DNA of 64,000 nucleotides. Source: Tubiluchus corallicola. Lineage: Eukaryota; Animalia; Priapulida. The stretch lies in contig JAQGDQ010000128.1 of NCBI GenBank assembly GCA_030141605.1, forward strand, positions 310,001 to 374,000, read 5' to 3'. The notes beneath the pieces are model-generated. The model was not told the origin of the DNA, did not search any database, and was given only the letters and a program-made list of their open reading frames with translations. Within the stretch, counting starts at the first letter, position 1; every line of letters starts with the position of its first letter. This document shows, piece after piece, positions 22,511 through 46,351 of this stretch. A program made the position numbers and the translations under genes.

Positions 22511-24302
22511 TCAGTACCAAAATGATTTGTGCTTTTGTTGATATTGTTTAATCATGTCGTATAACAGCTCGAACGCTTCAGTCACGCCCTCTCCATTCAA
22601 AGCTGAAGTACGTCTGATGTTCCATGGGTGGCCTGTCAATGATTCCAGCTCCATTTTTCTTATGATTTCGCGAACAGGCATCAGATCTAAAAGAATAACG
22701 AACTTGTTAGGTCTTTTATGAAAAAATGGTGTCGTGAGATATAAAGTTTTCTGACTGAGTAAAGTCGAATACGATTAGCTAATATGCAAAATCTGAGCTA
22801 GAACAATTTATTGTGGTTCAATTTTGTGGTTACAGTGGACATCATTTGCCCTTAGTTAGTTTTTAAAAATTTAAATTTTAGTAAATGTTCGCCAATTCAT
22901 TCTGCTCAGCAATTAAGATACGCAGTTTTTACCACACCTAGTCTGTCTCTCGCATATCAAGAGACATTGAACTGCATGCGGATGTCTCACTTTATACCAT
23001 TTCTCTCCTCTTTTTCATTTAAAATCGGTTTTTACATTTATATTACAAAATTTGATGAATAAAATGTCAGCCCGCCGTACTCGGCAAATCTTGCTTATTA
23101 GCCAGGATAAGTACTGGAATATTGCGAGGCATCTCGGGTGCCGCTAGCATTTGATGAAGTTCTTCTTTTGCTTCTCCTATTCTCCACTCATCTGAACTGT
23201 CTATCACGTAAACAATACCTATAAAAAACACGGTGCAGTGCAGCTAACATTCAACACATGACAACATTCAACAACAACTACACCAATAACAACAGCGACA
23301 ACAGTGTCGACAAAAACCATAACGACGCATCAACCGTACTGCAAATAGCGAAGGTGGTGACGCTGACACAGTATACTAATTAGGCTAGACTCTAATCTGA
23401 CTAGATTAATTACTGTACTGTGATGGTGGTAATGACACTATTGATAATGAACACTGAGTAACAGCAGAAGAAACAATAAGAACAGAAACAAAAGCAAAAG
23501 TAGCAGCAGAGGCTATAGCAACAGCAACAAGCGCTGGTATGGCGGGCATTACTTCATTTCTTAAATGTTAAATAGGCTCAACGTGAAATTGTTCTTTGCT
23601 CAAACTGTTTTGCGACAGTCCACTGGTACATTAGCTTTATGGTAAACTGTAGCAATAATCAATTCCACAATAAAGCACAAAACACTCAAATAAAGCTAGC
23701 AAATATTTTTGATAAACCTTCGAAGAAGTGGTAGACGTGCTTGAAAATTTTCCGTAACATTTCATGACCGCCTCCGTCCCATATTGTGATCGACGTACCA
23801 AACTTGGGTGAAACTGTCTCCACGTTAAATCCAATAGTTGGTATGGTTCGCACTAAATCATCACATTTTATTCGATACAAAAGTGTGGTCTTACCTATAT
23901 TAAAAGAATGAGTTTTAACAGGGAAGTACACTAGTGAGTAGCGAAAAAAGGTGGTATAGAATATTATGGTACAAGTAGTAATGGTAAGGAAAATATGACA
24001 CAGGAAAAAAGGAGCAAATGAAAAAAAACAGAAAAAGGCGCTCGTGTTATTTTGATAAAAAATTTTGGTTAACAACATAGGCTGCGCTATATTTACCATG
24101 CCATTGTTACGTACGCCATGTCTGCCTATGAAATATAATACCAGAATAAACCTATTTAACACGCCAAAAAAAGAAGAATAGGAATTGAAGAGATGGTGAC
24201 GTACCACTTATATACATAATACGTACTGCCATTATTTCAAAGGAACGACTTGCAAGTGTCAATGCAGAATCCTTCATGGAAAAGTTTAAGCTTTGTACAA
24301 AA

Positions 24303-24365
<63 letters not shown>

Positions 24366-25097
24366 ACTGTTTATTTCGAAATTGCAGCACAATTTTCAAT
24401 TTGTTAGTAGTACAGAAAACTAAGAATATTTACACATTATAATAATTTAAACAAAAAAGGGACAATAGATAATATAGTAGTTAGTCAAGGGGAGTACAGT
24501 AAAAATAATACATTACTTAAATTAATTTTGACGTATCCAATTTAGTATCCGGTTAAGTTCATTTCTGTTTCAAAAATTCAAACTGTTTACGCTCGATTAC
24601 ACTTACAATATCTTACACATAATACATGATTATTCTGCTCATTGGTTACATGGTAAGCGCGCTTAGAGACAATCTGTCTTACATGCGTAATTGCACTTTA
24701 ACAGTATACACATTTCCATTGTTGTTCTATTTGTATCTCAATAGATGTGAGTTGTAACCAAAAGTAGAGTATACAGAATTAATTGATTTTGAGCGTATTG
24801 TAATAGTGTGTTTATAGATATGGAAACTCAGCGTCACATCAGTGTTAGTAACTGCAAGACCAGCAACTGGCGAATATTAGAAAGGAGTGATTACAAATTT
24901 TGGGCCTAACAATTTTAAATCGATTATTAATAATAATATTTAAAAAGTATTTCTTATAGATAACGTGTTTGATTAACGATATTCCTCAATATTAAAATTT
25001 ACAATAATATCATACCCACAGAATCCAAGCCGATCATAATAATACATGCTTTAACACCAAACCAGCGAGAATAGAATTCAGAAATGGTAGCACCCAT
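22511..25097 (-). CDS. Divergent ADP-ribosylation factor-like GTPase (tandem paralog B), ~190 aa
   Basis: Exons 25097-25016, 23894-23718, 23218-23081, 22686-22511, all GT-AG and all phase 1. Reads [14 protein letters not shown]...GLDSVGKTT...IPTIGFNVE...[10 protein letters not shown]...VIDSSD...LANKQD...RTSALNGEG...KSFWY*. The ORF is intact. Confidence 0.9.
24304..24363. repeat. (TTC)n(TTA)n microsatellite
   Basis: Direct reading of the sequence. Confidence 0.9.
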
Positions 25098-25593
25098 CCA
25101 CCATATCACATACTGCTTAAGACCAAACCTTCATTGCTCATGCCCACAGTAGATAGAATGTAGAATGTTTCGCTTCAGTGAGAGCACTATTTGTCATAAC
25201 TGTGTGTGTTTGTATGCCAGAATTTGGCATGTGACTACGGAAAAGTAAGCAGTCGATCATATTTTGTGAAATTATCTACATTGTTACGTAACAGAGATTT
25301 TTGTTTCTGGGAAGTTTAATACTCGTGTTTATAAATAATAGTGTGTATGAAAACAAAATAACATTACCTGTTTGCCTCCTCCTCTTTCCCTCACTCAACC
25401 CCTTTTTCTCTCGCTCTCCCTCTCTGTTGCTCTCTCTGTCTCCATCTTTCTATAGTTTTTTTTATCTCACTTTCATTCTTTCCTCTCCCTTTCTCCCACC
25501 TCTACCGCTTCTTTCCTATCTACTTCTCCTCTGTCTCTCGGCTCTCTCTTTTGCCCCTGTCTCCCCATTTATCTTTCTCTCTCACTACGTTCA

Positions 25594-25618
25594 CTCTCTC
25601 TCTCTCTCTCTCTCTCTC

Positions 25619-25702
<84 letters not shown>
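25594..25702. repeat. (CT)n(GT)n compound microsatellite within a pyrimidine-rich tract
   Basis: Direct reading of the sequence. Confidence 0.95.
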
Positions 25703-25704
<2 letters not shown>

Positions 25705-26905
25705 TGTGTGTGTGCTTGTGCGTGTGCCTGGCTACCTGCCTGCCTACCTTCCTAGCTACCTACCTACCTATCTAACTATCTGCATGTCGACCTACCTAGA
25801 CCCAATCGTCCACCCACCGACATTTCTTTCTTACTTGAAAGAGATCAGTGTTTATTACCCTGACAGTAGTCCTCAGTGCCATGCTACAGCAACTGCCAAA
25901 AGTGTATCTCCAATTATTCCACTACGATTTTAAAATAACGTAACAATAAACGATCAATAAGAGACGTGACTACAGGCGATATCGTTTGTACAGCAATTTA
26001 TTATTTTACCAAATCTCGTCATCGTTTTAACTGCAAAAACGTTCGATAACCAAGGTGTTTTACAAAATTACTTTTACAACATAGAGATAATAATGCACTA
26101 ATTATAAGCACAGTTACGAGCTCGTATCAATTGCATCTAGCATTGAAACTGAAATAATCATTATTCCGTCGGACAACTTTCCGTCTACACTACATTCAGG
26201 AATGTAATTTTTCAATAGATGCCATAATGCTATAATTAATACTGCATCCAAATTTTTAAAAATGCACCCATTTCGTCTACACTTACGGTAATGTGAGAAC
26301 ATTAACCGTATAAAATGTCCACTTCTTAAAAATGACATCAGACCTTATGTTATGAAGGTTACTATGGTGCAAATAGACATTTATTTTACATAGGCATATT
26401 TTACACAAATCTGACATACAATCTTCAGTCCTTATATTACAATACAAAGAGAAACACGAATAAAACTTTTAAAATACAGGAAGAGTAGAGAGTTGTCCTT
26501 CAGTTTGATGTATCTGTTATGCACGCAAAAATTACAAAAACCGCCTATTGATAGAGTTGCTTTACAGCGTACAAAAGATTAATTGCTAAAAATTGCAACA
26601 GCTTTTTCTTGACAAAAGTTTTATTATGTTCAAAAAATCTGTAGGCGTTGTCATGCCGAGCAACGTTACTGAGTAACTTTTTTTCTATATTACACATAAG
26701 GCAAAATTATGTAACACCTAGCATTTTATCTCAAGTTAATGTTACATAACTTTAGAACAAAGAAGCGGCGATGATGATACACTTAATAGTCAATGTACGG
26801 CACACAATATACTGATTCGCAAGCTCCGCCGAATCGCCGATGATATTCGTGCCCAAAGAAATTATTCATAAATGAAGGGAACTTCAAAGTTTTCTCAATG
26901 TGCTA

Positions 26906-28961
<2,056 letters not shown>

Positions 28962-29572
28962 TGGTAAAAACTTCAGATATTTTATATGCCTTTCAATCTA
29001 AATTACAATCGCAATGCGTGATTTTCGCAGACTTCACCAGTTGAATTACATAAAAAATAATCAAAGATTTTTTAAATAATGCATTCTAACTTTCAAACAC
29101 TTTCAAGTGATTTCGCAGAATGAAGCGATTTTGCTCTGCAACCGATTTTTGAAAGCATATTTAGCGGTGACTTAGAACTGTACACGTGTACTGGGATTGC
29201 AGGTGTATGTGTATGGTCATCGATAATGATGCTCTCACTCTCAGTCTCATAAATTATACACATAGTTGTATAAAATAAATAAAAACAAAATCTGTTGTTG
29301 TGATAGACCAACATAGCTGCATTTTGTGAGAAGGCAACAGTGGATAACAGCGGGAGAAACGATTTTACCAAGCGTACGAAATGAGAATAATGTGTCATTC
29401 ACAAATCGTGTACTATGGATGATGTCATATGTAAACGCTAAGCCACGCCTCCATATCCCAGATACCATTGCGTATTTTCGTCGCCATTTATTTTGATTAC
29501 TGCTGAAGAAATTTTGTAATTTCTGACTTTGTTAATAAATTGTTGTTGGCCAAGTCTTTGCACGTGCAAATT
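28962..29572. promoter_or_regulatory. Putative bidirectional promoter between Arf-like A and Rab4
   Basis: The two ATGs diverge ~610 bp apart. GC-box-like gccacgcc (~29442) and YY1-like cgccattt (~29482) lie upstream of the Rab4 ATG. Confidence 0.5.
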
Positions 29573-38679
<9,107 letters not shown>

Positions 38680-41600
38680 GGTGCTGTCATGGCTATTTCT
38701 TTTGTTGATTTTAAAAATGTGTCAATGTTGTTGTCACACATTTAAATGCTGTACATGTACCAGAAGGAGATTGATACTTTCAGTTTCGAGTCTATTCTTT
38801 GCTAGTTACCACTATATAATGACTTGGACTGTTAGGGAAGGGCAAACGGTTGGCAACTTAACAACATGCATTTTTGATGATACTGTTTCTTCGTTACCTT
38901 TCTGCTGCTACATAAATGTGAAATCAAAATTAGCTGTGCTGCTTTTTTATTGCAATAATAAAGACATTCCATTGGACGTCAAAAATTTTAGTTAGCCTGC
39001 AATGTTAGTTGTATTACTAATCTTACATATTACATATTAGTTGTTTACTAATATGTTACAGCATATTCTTTCTGAAATTTTTTATTACAAATTATAAGTT
39101 AGATATATTTGTACAATGTCAGAACAGCATTCATAACTGACTAGTTCACTGAATAATTATAGCACACATATGACAAGTTAATTCGGAACACTTTTTACAG
39201 AAATTAAAGACTGTGATTTAAATTACCTGGATTCACTTAGCAATTTTTTTTTCTTATTACATATTAACTAAACTTTTTTTACAAAGTTAAAAACAGTCCA
39301 CTCTTAAGAACATAAGGTACTAAAATACACATAAATTAAACACAGCTATGAAAAGTGGGTGATTTTTATAGTTACTCACCAATTTCTAGTTGCCACCTGT
39401 GTTTGAATGCTATAAAAATGTCCTAATGACTTTGAAATATGTCTATTTTGTTCATTTAAAGTGAGCCCGTAGAATGTTAGATACAAAAACACAAATTGTG
39501 TTCAAAACTTTGACAGTGACTTGGCTTAGCGCAACTATTATAGTTACTGTATCTGTGGAGCTTTTATCTGCACGTACTTTTCATCGCATTTTTTCATAGT
39601 TTAATATGCTTTATCTAACTCGAAATAAATGCTGTCACTTGTGAAAAGATACTGGTTCATTTTGCCCGATTTGTATATTGGTAACGAAAGTAAGAGACTG
39701 CATTTTTTGTAATGTGCTGATTAGTAGCCAACAGCTGTTTTCTATCTAAAAGCAATAGTGCCTATTGTTTGTTTCATGTTTGTGGGAGTCTAGCAATTTC
39801 TTTCTTAGATACACATACCATTCAAGTTCATGGTTAACACTAGCCTGCGACCACTATTGCCCAATATAGACAACCAGAAGGTACATTTAGGATGTTTGAT
39901 CCAATGAACTATTATCAAGTTAAGAGACTTAGTTCATTTAACCTTACTGAAAAACTGACACAAATAAACTGTAAACTGGTAACAATTGCAAAACTTGGGC
40001 CTTTTCTAACTTATCGTTTTTTCAGTTTGATTGATTCTTTTGTAGGTGTTCTACAGTTAAAAGCCTTTACAGGTGAAGTGTAGAATTTTTTTTAAAATTC
40101 TCACTACCCACTCTTAATTTTTTGACCAATATTGATCAAACTCCAGTAATGCCTGATGGACTGGTATATTACAAATGTTTGCATGAATGCCAGAAATTCC
40201 ATGCGCATTTCTAATATGAAGAGACTGCACTGAAAAATATTGTTTCGATAAAATATGTGAACAACTCATACATTGTCCTAAATTCACTGATATCAGCTTG
40301 CAAATTTTAATGTATTCTGCACTCGGTTTTTTACTTCTGTATTTATGCCAAAGATAACCGTTTATTTTTTCTGAAATGTTCATACAGTGTCTAGTTTTAT
40401 TTGCTGAGGTTATGCAACTATCAACTACTTTATTTGTATACATTGCAGAAAATTTCACACTAAAAAGCTACTAAAATGAATGTTCTCGTGACTAGTTACA
40501 GTTACTACACTCATCAAAACAATGAATGTAAGTGAAACAAAAAATGTAATATTTGTCTGTCTTGTATAATTCGTATTTATAATCTTCTAATATCTAGACT
40601 GACGAACACATTTATTTATTATTATTGTTACTTTTATTAATATTAGTATTAGTTAGGTACATTAAATTTGGTGAATATGAATATAAAACAATTTAAACGC
40701 TTCACAAATTGTAAATAAAACACTCTTTAAACTTGCACCTAGTACAAAATATTAATGCATGACCCATATTAAACTCAATTACTTGTATTTTGTATATTTG
40801 TTGTTGGACGAATAAATGTATTTAAAAGTGCAAGAAAATTTGCTAAATATCTGTACTTGTACATTGTTTTAGGTAAAAGAGTTAAAAACAGACTTCACCA
40901 TTAGAATCGCCAAAGAGTGCTTTTCATTAACACTTGTACATTTATATTCTAAATCACTAACATTAAACTGAAATGCATGTCGCTTTGAGTTGGTGTTATT
41001 TACTGATATACTTGCAGAAATTTGACCGAGTGTCTTGGTTGGAAGATTTGTCCCAGGGCAGTGCGGTGGTAGTTACCACTCTGCTAGAGCCCACCAGATA
41101 GGGTATTCGAGTTATATACATTCCAGATTTAACACGCCTCTTATTTACATATCTTAAGCTGACAGCATTCAGATAGCTGTATTATAATTGTTAGTCATAA
41201 TTTTTGATGTTGCACAACTTATAATTCATCAAATTTTCTATTGTTATGGACTGTAGTAATGTGGCTTAAAGCAAAGGCCAAGCCCTCTGGGAAGTGTAGC
41301 AATATGGCTTAAAAGAAAGGCCTAGCCTTCTAGGCGGTTGGGCTTATTTTGGGGTTTGTGGAAAATGTTAGAATTTAATAATAAAAGCATGATAAGCAAC
41401 TCGTGTAATTAGTAAAATCACTTTAACGAAAGGATTATTTCACGCTTGAGTTTTCCCATTTTGAATGCTTATTCATACACCAATGACGTTCATCAGCTGA
41501 AGAAAAGTAGCTCGCTGTCAGTTTCCATCAAAAATATAACTTTTTATAAAATATCAGATAGCTAATTTTGCGAGTTTTTGCATGAGCAGTAAAAAACCTG

Positions 41601-42989
41601 CTAGTTTGAATTGATTTAAGCAGCACATGCTAAAGAATGCCACGATGTACTTATAAAGTCACGAAAAGTCCACCAGTGTGTCGTGATTTTCAAATGAATG
41701 GCGGCCACCATCATACCAGACAATTTCTATGCAGTATTAGTATAAATTAATATCATGCTTTATAGACAGTTTTGCAAATTTCTTTGCTATATCTTTCCCA
41801 GTTTGTGACAATAGTAAATTAAACCCAACATGCGGTATCTTTTCCTTCCCTTAATAAAGACAAAACGAGTCTCACTTCTATACTGTATTAAAATGTCATA
41901 ATATATCACTAATATTGTATATATTGAAAAAGAAAAGTGATGTATACCATACAACAAGTGCTTATCAGACTTTTGCATAATGCCCATGTATTGTATTGCA
42001 AGCACTGGCTATCCTGTTTGGTGCATTTTCTGTAATTTTATTAGTAACATACCTATATTATTCTAACATACCATTATAATGTGAAGCACACGTATGTGAA
42101 TTTGAGAAATCTAGCATGTGAAACAATGTTTCAAGTTGTCTGTCTTGTCATCTCGTTAGCCTGCACTTTAGGGTTATCATTTATGATTGTAATACCGTTC
42201 TTGTTTGTTTCATGAAAGACTCAAAATTATTAGCTGTTATATCATCTCATCTTGGATTTACTTCTTTATGAACATGCGTGATGAACTTGTATTATAATAT
42301 TTGTGTGTTTACACAATGACATAGTTGGCAATTTGCAAAAAATTGCGTTTCCAATTTGCCATGAAATGGAAATAAAAGGGAGTATTCGTATTTGGGAGCT
42401 AGAACAGCAATTTGTAATCTCTTATTAGCATAATATAAAATTAGCAAAAACAAACTATTGTTATGGAACTGATTATGTAACAAAATTAGTAGACGAGCAT
42501 GTTGCAATTTTGTTTATTATAATAATTTATAGTGCTTACTTACACATCAAAACTTGCATACGTGTTATAATGTAAATACATATATATATATATAATGAGT
42601 AAAAATAAAGTATTGTTATGTACAGGCAATATTAAGCATGAGTTTATGTATTTGTATTAAGCATGAGTATTTGTATATATGTTTTAATGTTAGTTTCAAT
42701 CTTGACTTCATTGAATAAAAGGCAAAGTAACAAAACTCCAAAATATAATTTGGTTGACCAGTATGGGCATTGGATTTTTGAAATGTTCAACATTGTAATG
42801 AAACCAAGAATCTACAGATTCAATCAAATATTAAACCAGTCGACTATCTTTCATAGTTAAAATAGTAACTGTTGTGACACATAGTCGTGCTAAAAACACA
42901 CATATTGAATATAATAGTTGAACATTTACTCTCCATGGGCCAAACACTAATAACCGGAAATAAGCATCAGAAGCATTAAACTACACGCA

Positions 42990-44246
42990 TTAGCTATATG
43001 CCTGAACATCTGCCATATTTGCTGCTTTGTTGTTCACCAACTGCAACATGTGTCGCAAATACTGTCCTGGTCCAAGAATGTAAGTACGAGGAAATGGCAT
43101 ACCCTCGTCCCGCTTATAAAGCACGTGCAATATTTGTTCCCATAATATGGGCTTCACTATCTGTTTAGTTAAACATTTACGGATAGATGCTGGTTTGGAG
43201 TACACTCTACCATCCACATTCAAAGGTACACTTATCAGGGGAGACTGAATTTCAATTGACTTCAATGCATCAGAAAATGCTGCCTGAGCAGGAGACATTA
43301 GATCTGTGTGATATGCACCACTAACTGGAAGCAGCTTGACTTTTGGTATCTTAAAATGATGCTTATTAATTTTTAAAAATTCAAGAGCTTGTATATTGCC
43401 TGCCACAAGTCTGCAGTTGGGATGTGAATAACCGGCTATTCGACATTTAGGTTTCTCAACCAGGTGCTTTTCACAGTATTTTTCTGCTGCCTTGCACGCA
43501 GATATTAATTCAGTGGCAGCACTAATGTTAACAACAGCCATACCTCCAGCTACAGAACTTGAAGCACTTTGCATAGCATCCGAACGTACCTTTACTACTC
43601 TGACAGCATCTTCAAAGCTAATAGCACCTGCAAATACCAAGGCGGCGAGCTCTCCAACATCATAACCCGCTGCTGCTCGGCAATCCTTCACAGCAGATGG
43701 ACGCTCATCGCGAAGTTTTTCCAGTGCCGCAAGAGACATCACTAAACTGGCCACTTGTGAGTATGTCGTTTGGTCTACTTCCGATTTCGAGCCCTCAAAA
43801 CAATAGTCTTTTAAATCAAAATTCAGAATCTCGCTAGCAGTGGTAAATATCTCTTTCACATTGGGAAAGTTTAGTAGTCCTTTTCCCACACCGATAAAGT
43901 TATCATCTTCACCTGGAAAAAGTATCACAGATGTTTCAGCTGGATTTGTACCAAATTTAGGTGAGCTTTCAGGTTTGCGTAAAGGTTTGCTTCCTTCAAG
44001 ATACACACCTGAAGTATAAGGATCAAGTCCCTCCAGATCTGTATTTTCATCAGCAAATGCTGCGGCTTTGTCTAATAGTTCGGGCACACTTTCATTAAGA
44101 TACTCTCCTACTGAATTTGGAAAATCTCTAGAACGATTTCCAGCACCACGACCTCTTAGTGCAACATTAATTCTAGGTTTGCCTCGAACTTTTCTTGCAG
44201 ATGACGAATGCAGTAAACGACGAAGAAACCACCCTAAACTAGTCAT
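42990..44246 (-). CDS. MCAT: Mitochondrial malonyl-CoA:ACP transacylase homolog with degenerate active site, 418 aa, single coding exon
   Basis: Arg-rich presequence-like N-terminus, then TSVILFPG, SLAALEKL, AAAGYDVGELAALVFAGA, VKVRSDAMQ, LPVSGAYHTDLM.PA, KPILWEQ and GPG. These match the metazoan MCAT/FabD motif order. A 5'-UTR splice acceptor lies at 44291-44292. Confidence 0.95.
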   Translation of the reverse strand: MTSLGWFLRRLLHSSSARKVRGKPRINVALRGRGAGNRSRDFPNSVGEYLNESVPELLDKAAAFADENTDLEGLDPYTSGVYLEGSKPLRKPESSPKFGTNPAETSVILFPGEDDNFIGVGKGLLNFPNVKEIFTTASEILNFDLKDYCFEGSKSEVDQTTYSQVASLVMSLAALEKLRDERPSAVKDCRAAAGYDVGELAALVFAGAISFEDAVRVVKVRSDAMQSASSSVAGGMAVVNISAATELISACKAAEKYCEKHLVEKPKCRIAGYSHPNCRLVAGNIQALEFLKINKHHFKIPKVKLLPVSGAYHTDLMSPAQAAFSDALKSIEIQSPLISVPLNVDGRVYSKPASIRKCLTKQIVKPILWEQILHVLYKRDEGMPFPRTYILGPGQYLRHMLQLVNNKAANMADVQAYS

Positions 44247-45189
44247 CGTTGCACCCTGTTGTTTGGATCTCCAAATTTTCAGTTAAAAACCTAGTAATAA
44301 ATTAAAAAAGAGATAGATTAATAGAATTCTGTTCCTTTGCCATGGCAGGCAGCAAAAAATTGCCACAACTACAAAAATGTAGAGTTTGGCTATCAGGAAG
44401 ACATAAGTAATAGTAGTAGCAGACAATTTATTTAGACAATATTCAACATAAAATATTGAGCATACACTGTGACAATTTGTCAAGGAGACTGCCATAAAAA
44501 ACCTGTAAGGTTGCAGACGTGACAACCACTGGAGAAACAGAATACGCTACAAGAGTGATAAAAAATTATCATTATGAGATTTACCATGCTAAGTTACATT
44601 AATGTAGTTGGCATACATAGCAATCAGGAGGATTACATGAGTCACTCACTATAAGAGAGATAATGCTCTTTTAATTCTTTAACAACGCAACTTAAGCCAT
44701 AATTCTTATTGCTAAACAACTTAAATTTAATAGTACTGGGGAATTTATTGATCATATCCGGAACAGTGTATGTGAAAGACTGCTATCATATTTGGGTTTT
44801 ACAATAATGCATCTGTAACTGTTGTCTTGTAAGGTAAGAGTTGACATTGAAGTTATAAACCAGCAATTTATTGTAAAATGCTTGCAACTGCCGAATAGGC
44901 GCTTTCAGCATATAATAGACTTGAGTGCAATCATTAACGCAAAAATTATTTGCCAATAGGTAGCAACAATTCGCGGTGCTTTTTTTAGCAACTGGTATTA
45001 TAATAGGACAGCATAACGAGGTTTGACTGTATTATATTTAATTCACAAAAGCATAAATTTATTAGCAAGATTTGTGGATGTATCTACTTCTGTTAATCTG
45101 CGTTGCAATCAATCCCTACATTTCACTAAAAAAAAACAAAATTTATCAATAAGAATGTTCAACAGTTCAATTTCGGAGCACATTGCCAA

Positions 45190-46101
45190 TGTTGGGAGCC
45201 GAGTGGACCACTGGGCCAAGTAGACCACTTGATGCGCTAAAAGTAGTGGCCTACATGGGCAGCCCAAGTAGGACACTAGCGATTTTTGTCGAGAATCGGT
45301 AATTTTATATTCCAGTTTATATTACCATTGTTTATAAGTATTGTTATGACATAATAAAACATAAAACAAAATGTCTTTTAGAAATGGATATTCCTTGGCA
45401 ATTTACAAATGCATTTCTTACAATAATTTCATCATTATGATTAACTCCATTAATATATCATAACATAAACCTAGTATCTAATGCTTTAAAGAGAGAAATT
45501 CTGCACACAGTTATTACAGAAATAATTGCAAATTTAAAAATGAGACAGATGCTGCTAAGCCTTCACAACACAAAAAAGTAATTTTTAACATTTAAGAAAA
45601 GCAAGGATAATTAGTTTTAATATTATCAGTAGTATTGTAACATGTAGGGCACTGTCCTACATGGCTCGCTAGCCCATGTAGGACACATAGATCGCTAGAA
45701 CGTTTACTTATAAGAAAACAATTATTTGCCCAAGAGGTAGTGAAACGGATCACCTGTTTGTGAAGTGAGACAAAATCAAAAATGATATACCTTAAACAAA
45801 TGTTGAATTCGCAAAAAAGTGGGTTTTTTTCACTTCAACAACATTAATATCGAAACCAAATTTAATATTGTCCGTTCTACCAGCTCAGAATAAAATTCTT
45901 TTATTTTATTAGATGTATAATAAATTATTCAACGTGTACTAACGTTTTTAATTATTATTATTATTATTACATAAACAAGCACAACGGACGGTGTCAGTAC
46001 ACTTAACGACTCAATTCACGACCTGTCTCTAGTGTCCTACTTGGGCAGCCCAAGTAGACCATTTGGTCTACTTGGCTCAGTGGTCCACTCGGCTCCCAAC
46101 A
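45190..46101. mobile_element. 912-bp MITE with TGT...ACA TIRs and 5-bp TSD (Ginger2/TDD-like)
   Basis: TGTTGGGAGCCGAGTGGACCACTG(G/A)GCCAAGTAGACCA matches its inverse at the right end at 37/38 positions. Direct repeat GCCAA lies at 45185-45189 and 46102-46106. Subterminal cccaagtaggacact motifs, and an internal palindrome at ~45653-45686. Confidence 0.9.
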
Positions 46102-46181
46102 GCCAAATCTTCGAAGTAACGTGTTACGTTTTTGTGCAAAGTATAAGAGTTCCCGTATTGTAAGTAACACATTTTAACGAG

Positions 46182-46350
46182 ACTCACTGTTTTGTAATGA
46201 ATAATATTTATTTATAATGACAAAATATCGAAAAGATAAATTTCAATAGGCTTAAGAAAGACCGACCTGGAACATTAAGTGCGGAAGTCTCAATTGGATA
46301 GGTCACGTTCTGACGTTACAAGAATATATAACCGCAGGTGCGCAGTAAGT
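46182..46350. promoter_or_regulatory. Candidate compact bidirectional promoter and first non-coding exons of MCAT (-) and LSM1 (+)
   Basis: ETS-like CGGAAGT (46282-46288) and CRE-like gtcacg/tgacgt (46302-46316). A minus-strand donor gtgagt lies at 46187-46182 and a plus-strand donor gtaagt at 46345. Both genes have an otherwise unpaired acceptor just before their ATG. Confidence 0.4.
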
Positions 46351-46351
46351 T

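Noticed and set aside
23895-24207. N-terminal hydrophobic part of the 173-aa ORF 23686-24207
   Set aside because: Intronic read-through; only 23894-23718 is the Arf-like exon, bounded by AG and GT.
25301-25933. 210-aa hydrophobic ORF with a CV repeat
   Set aside because: Translation of a pyrimidine tract and the (CT)n(GT)n microsatellite; no domain content.
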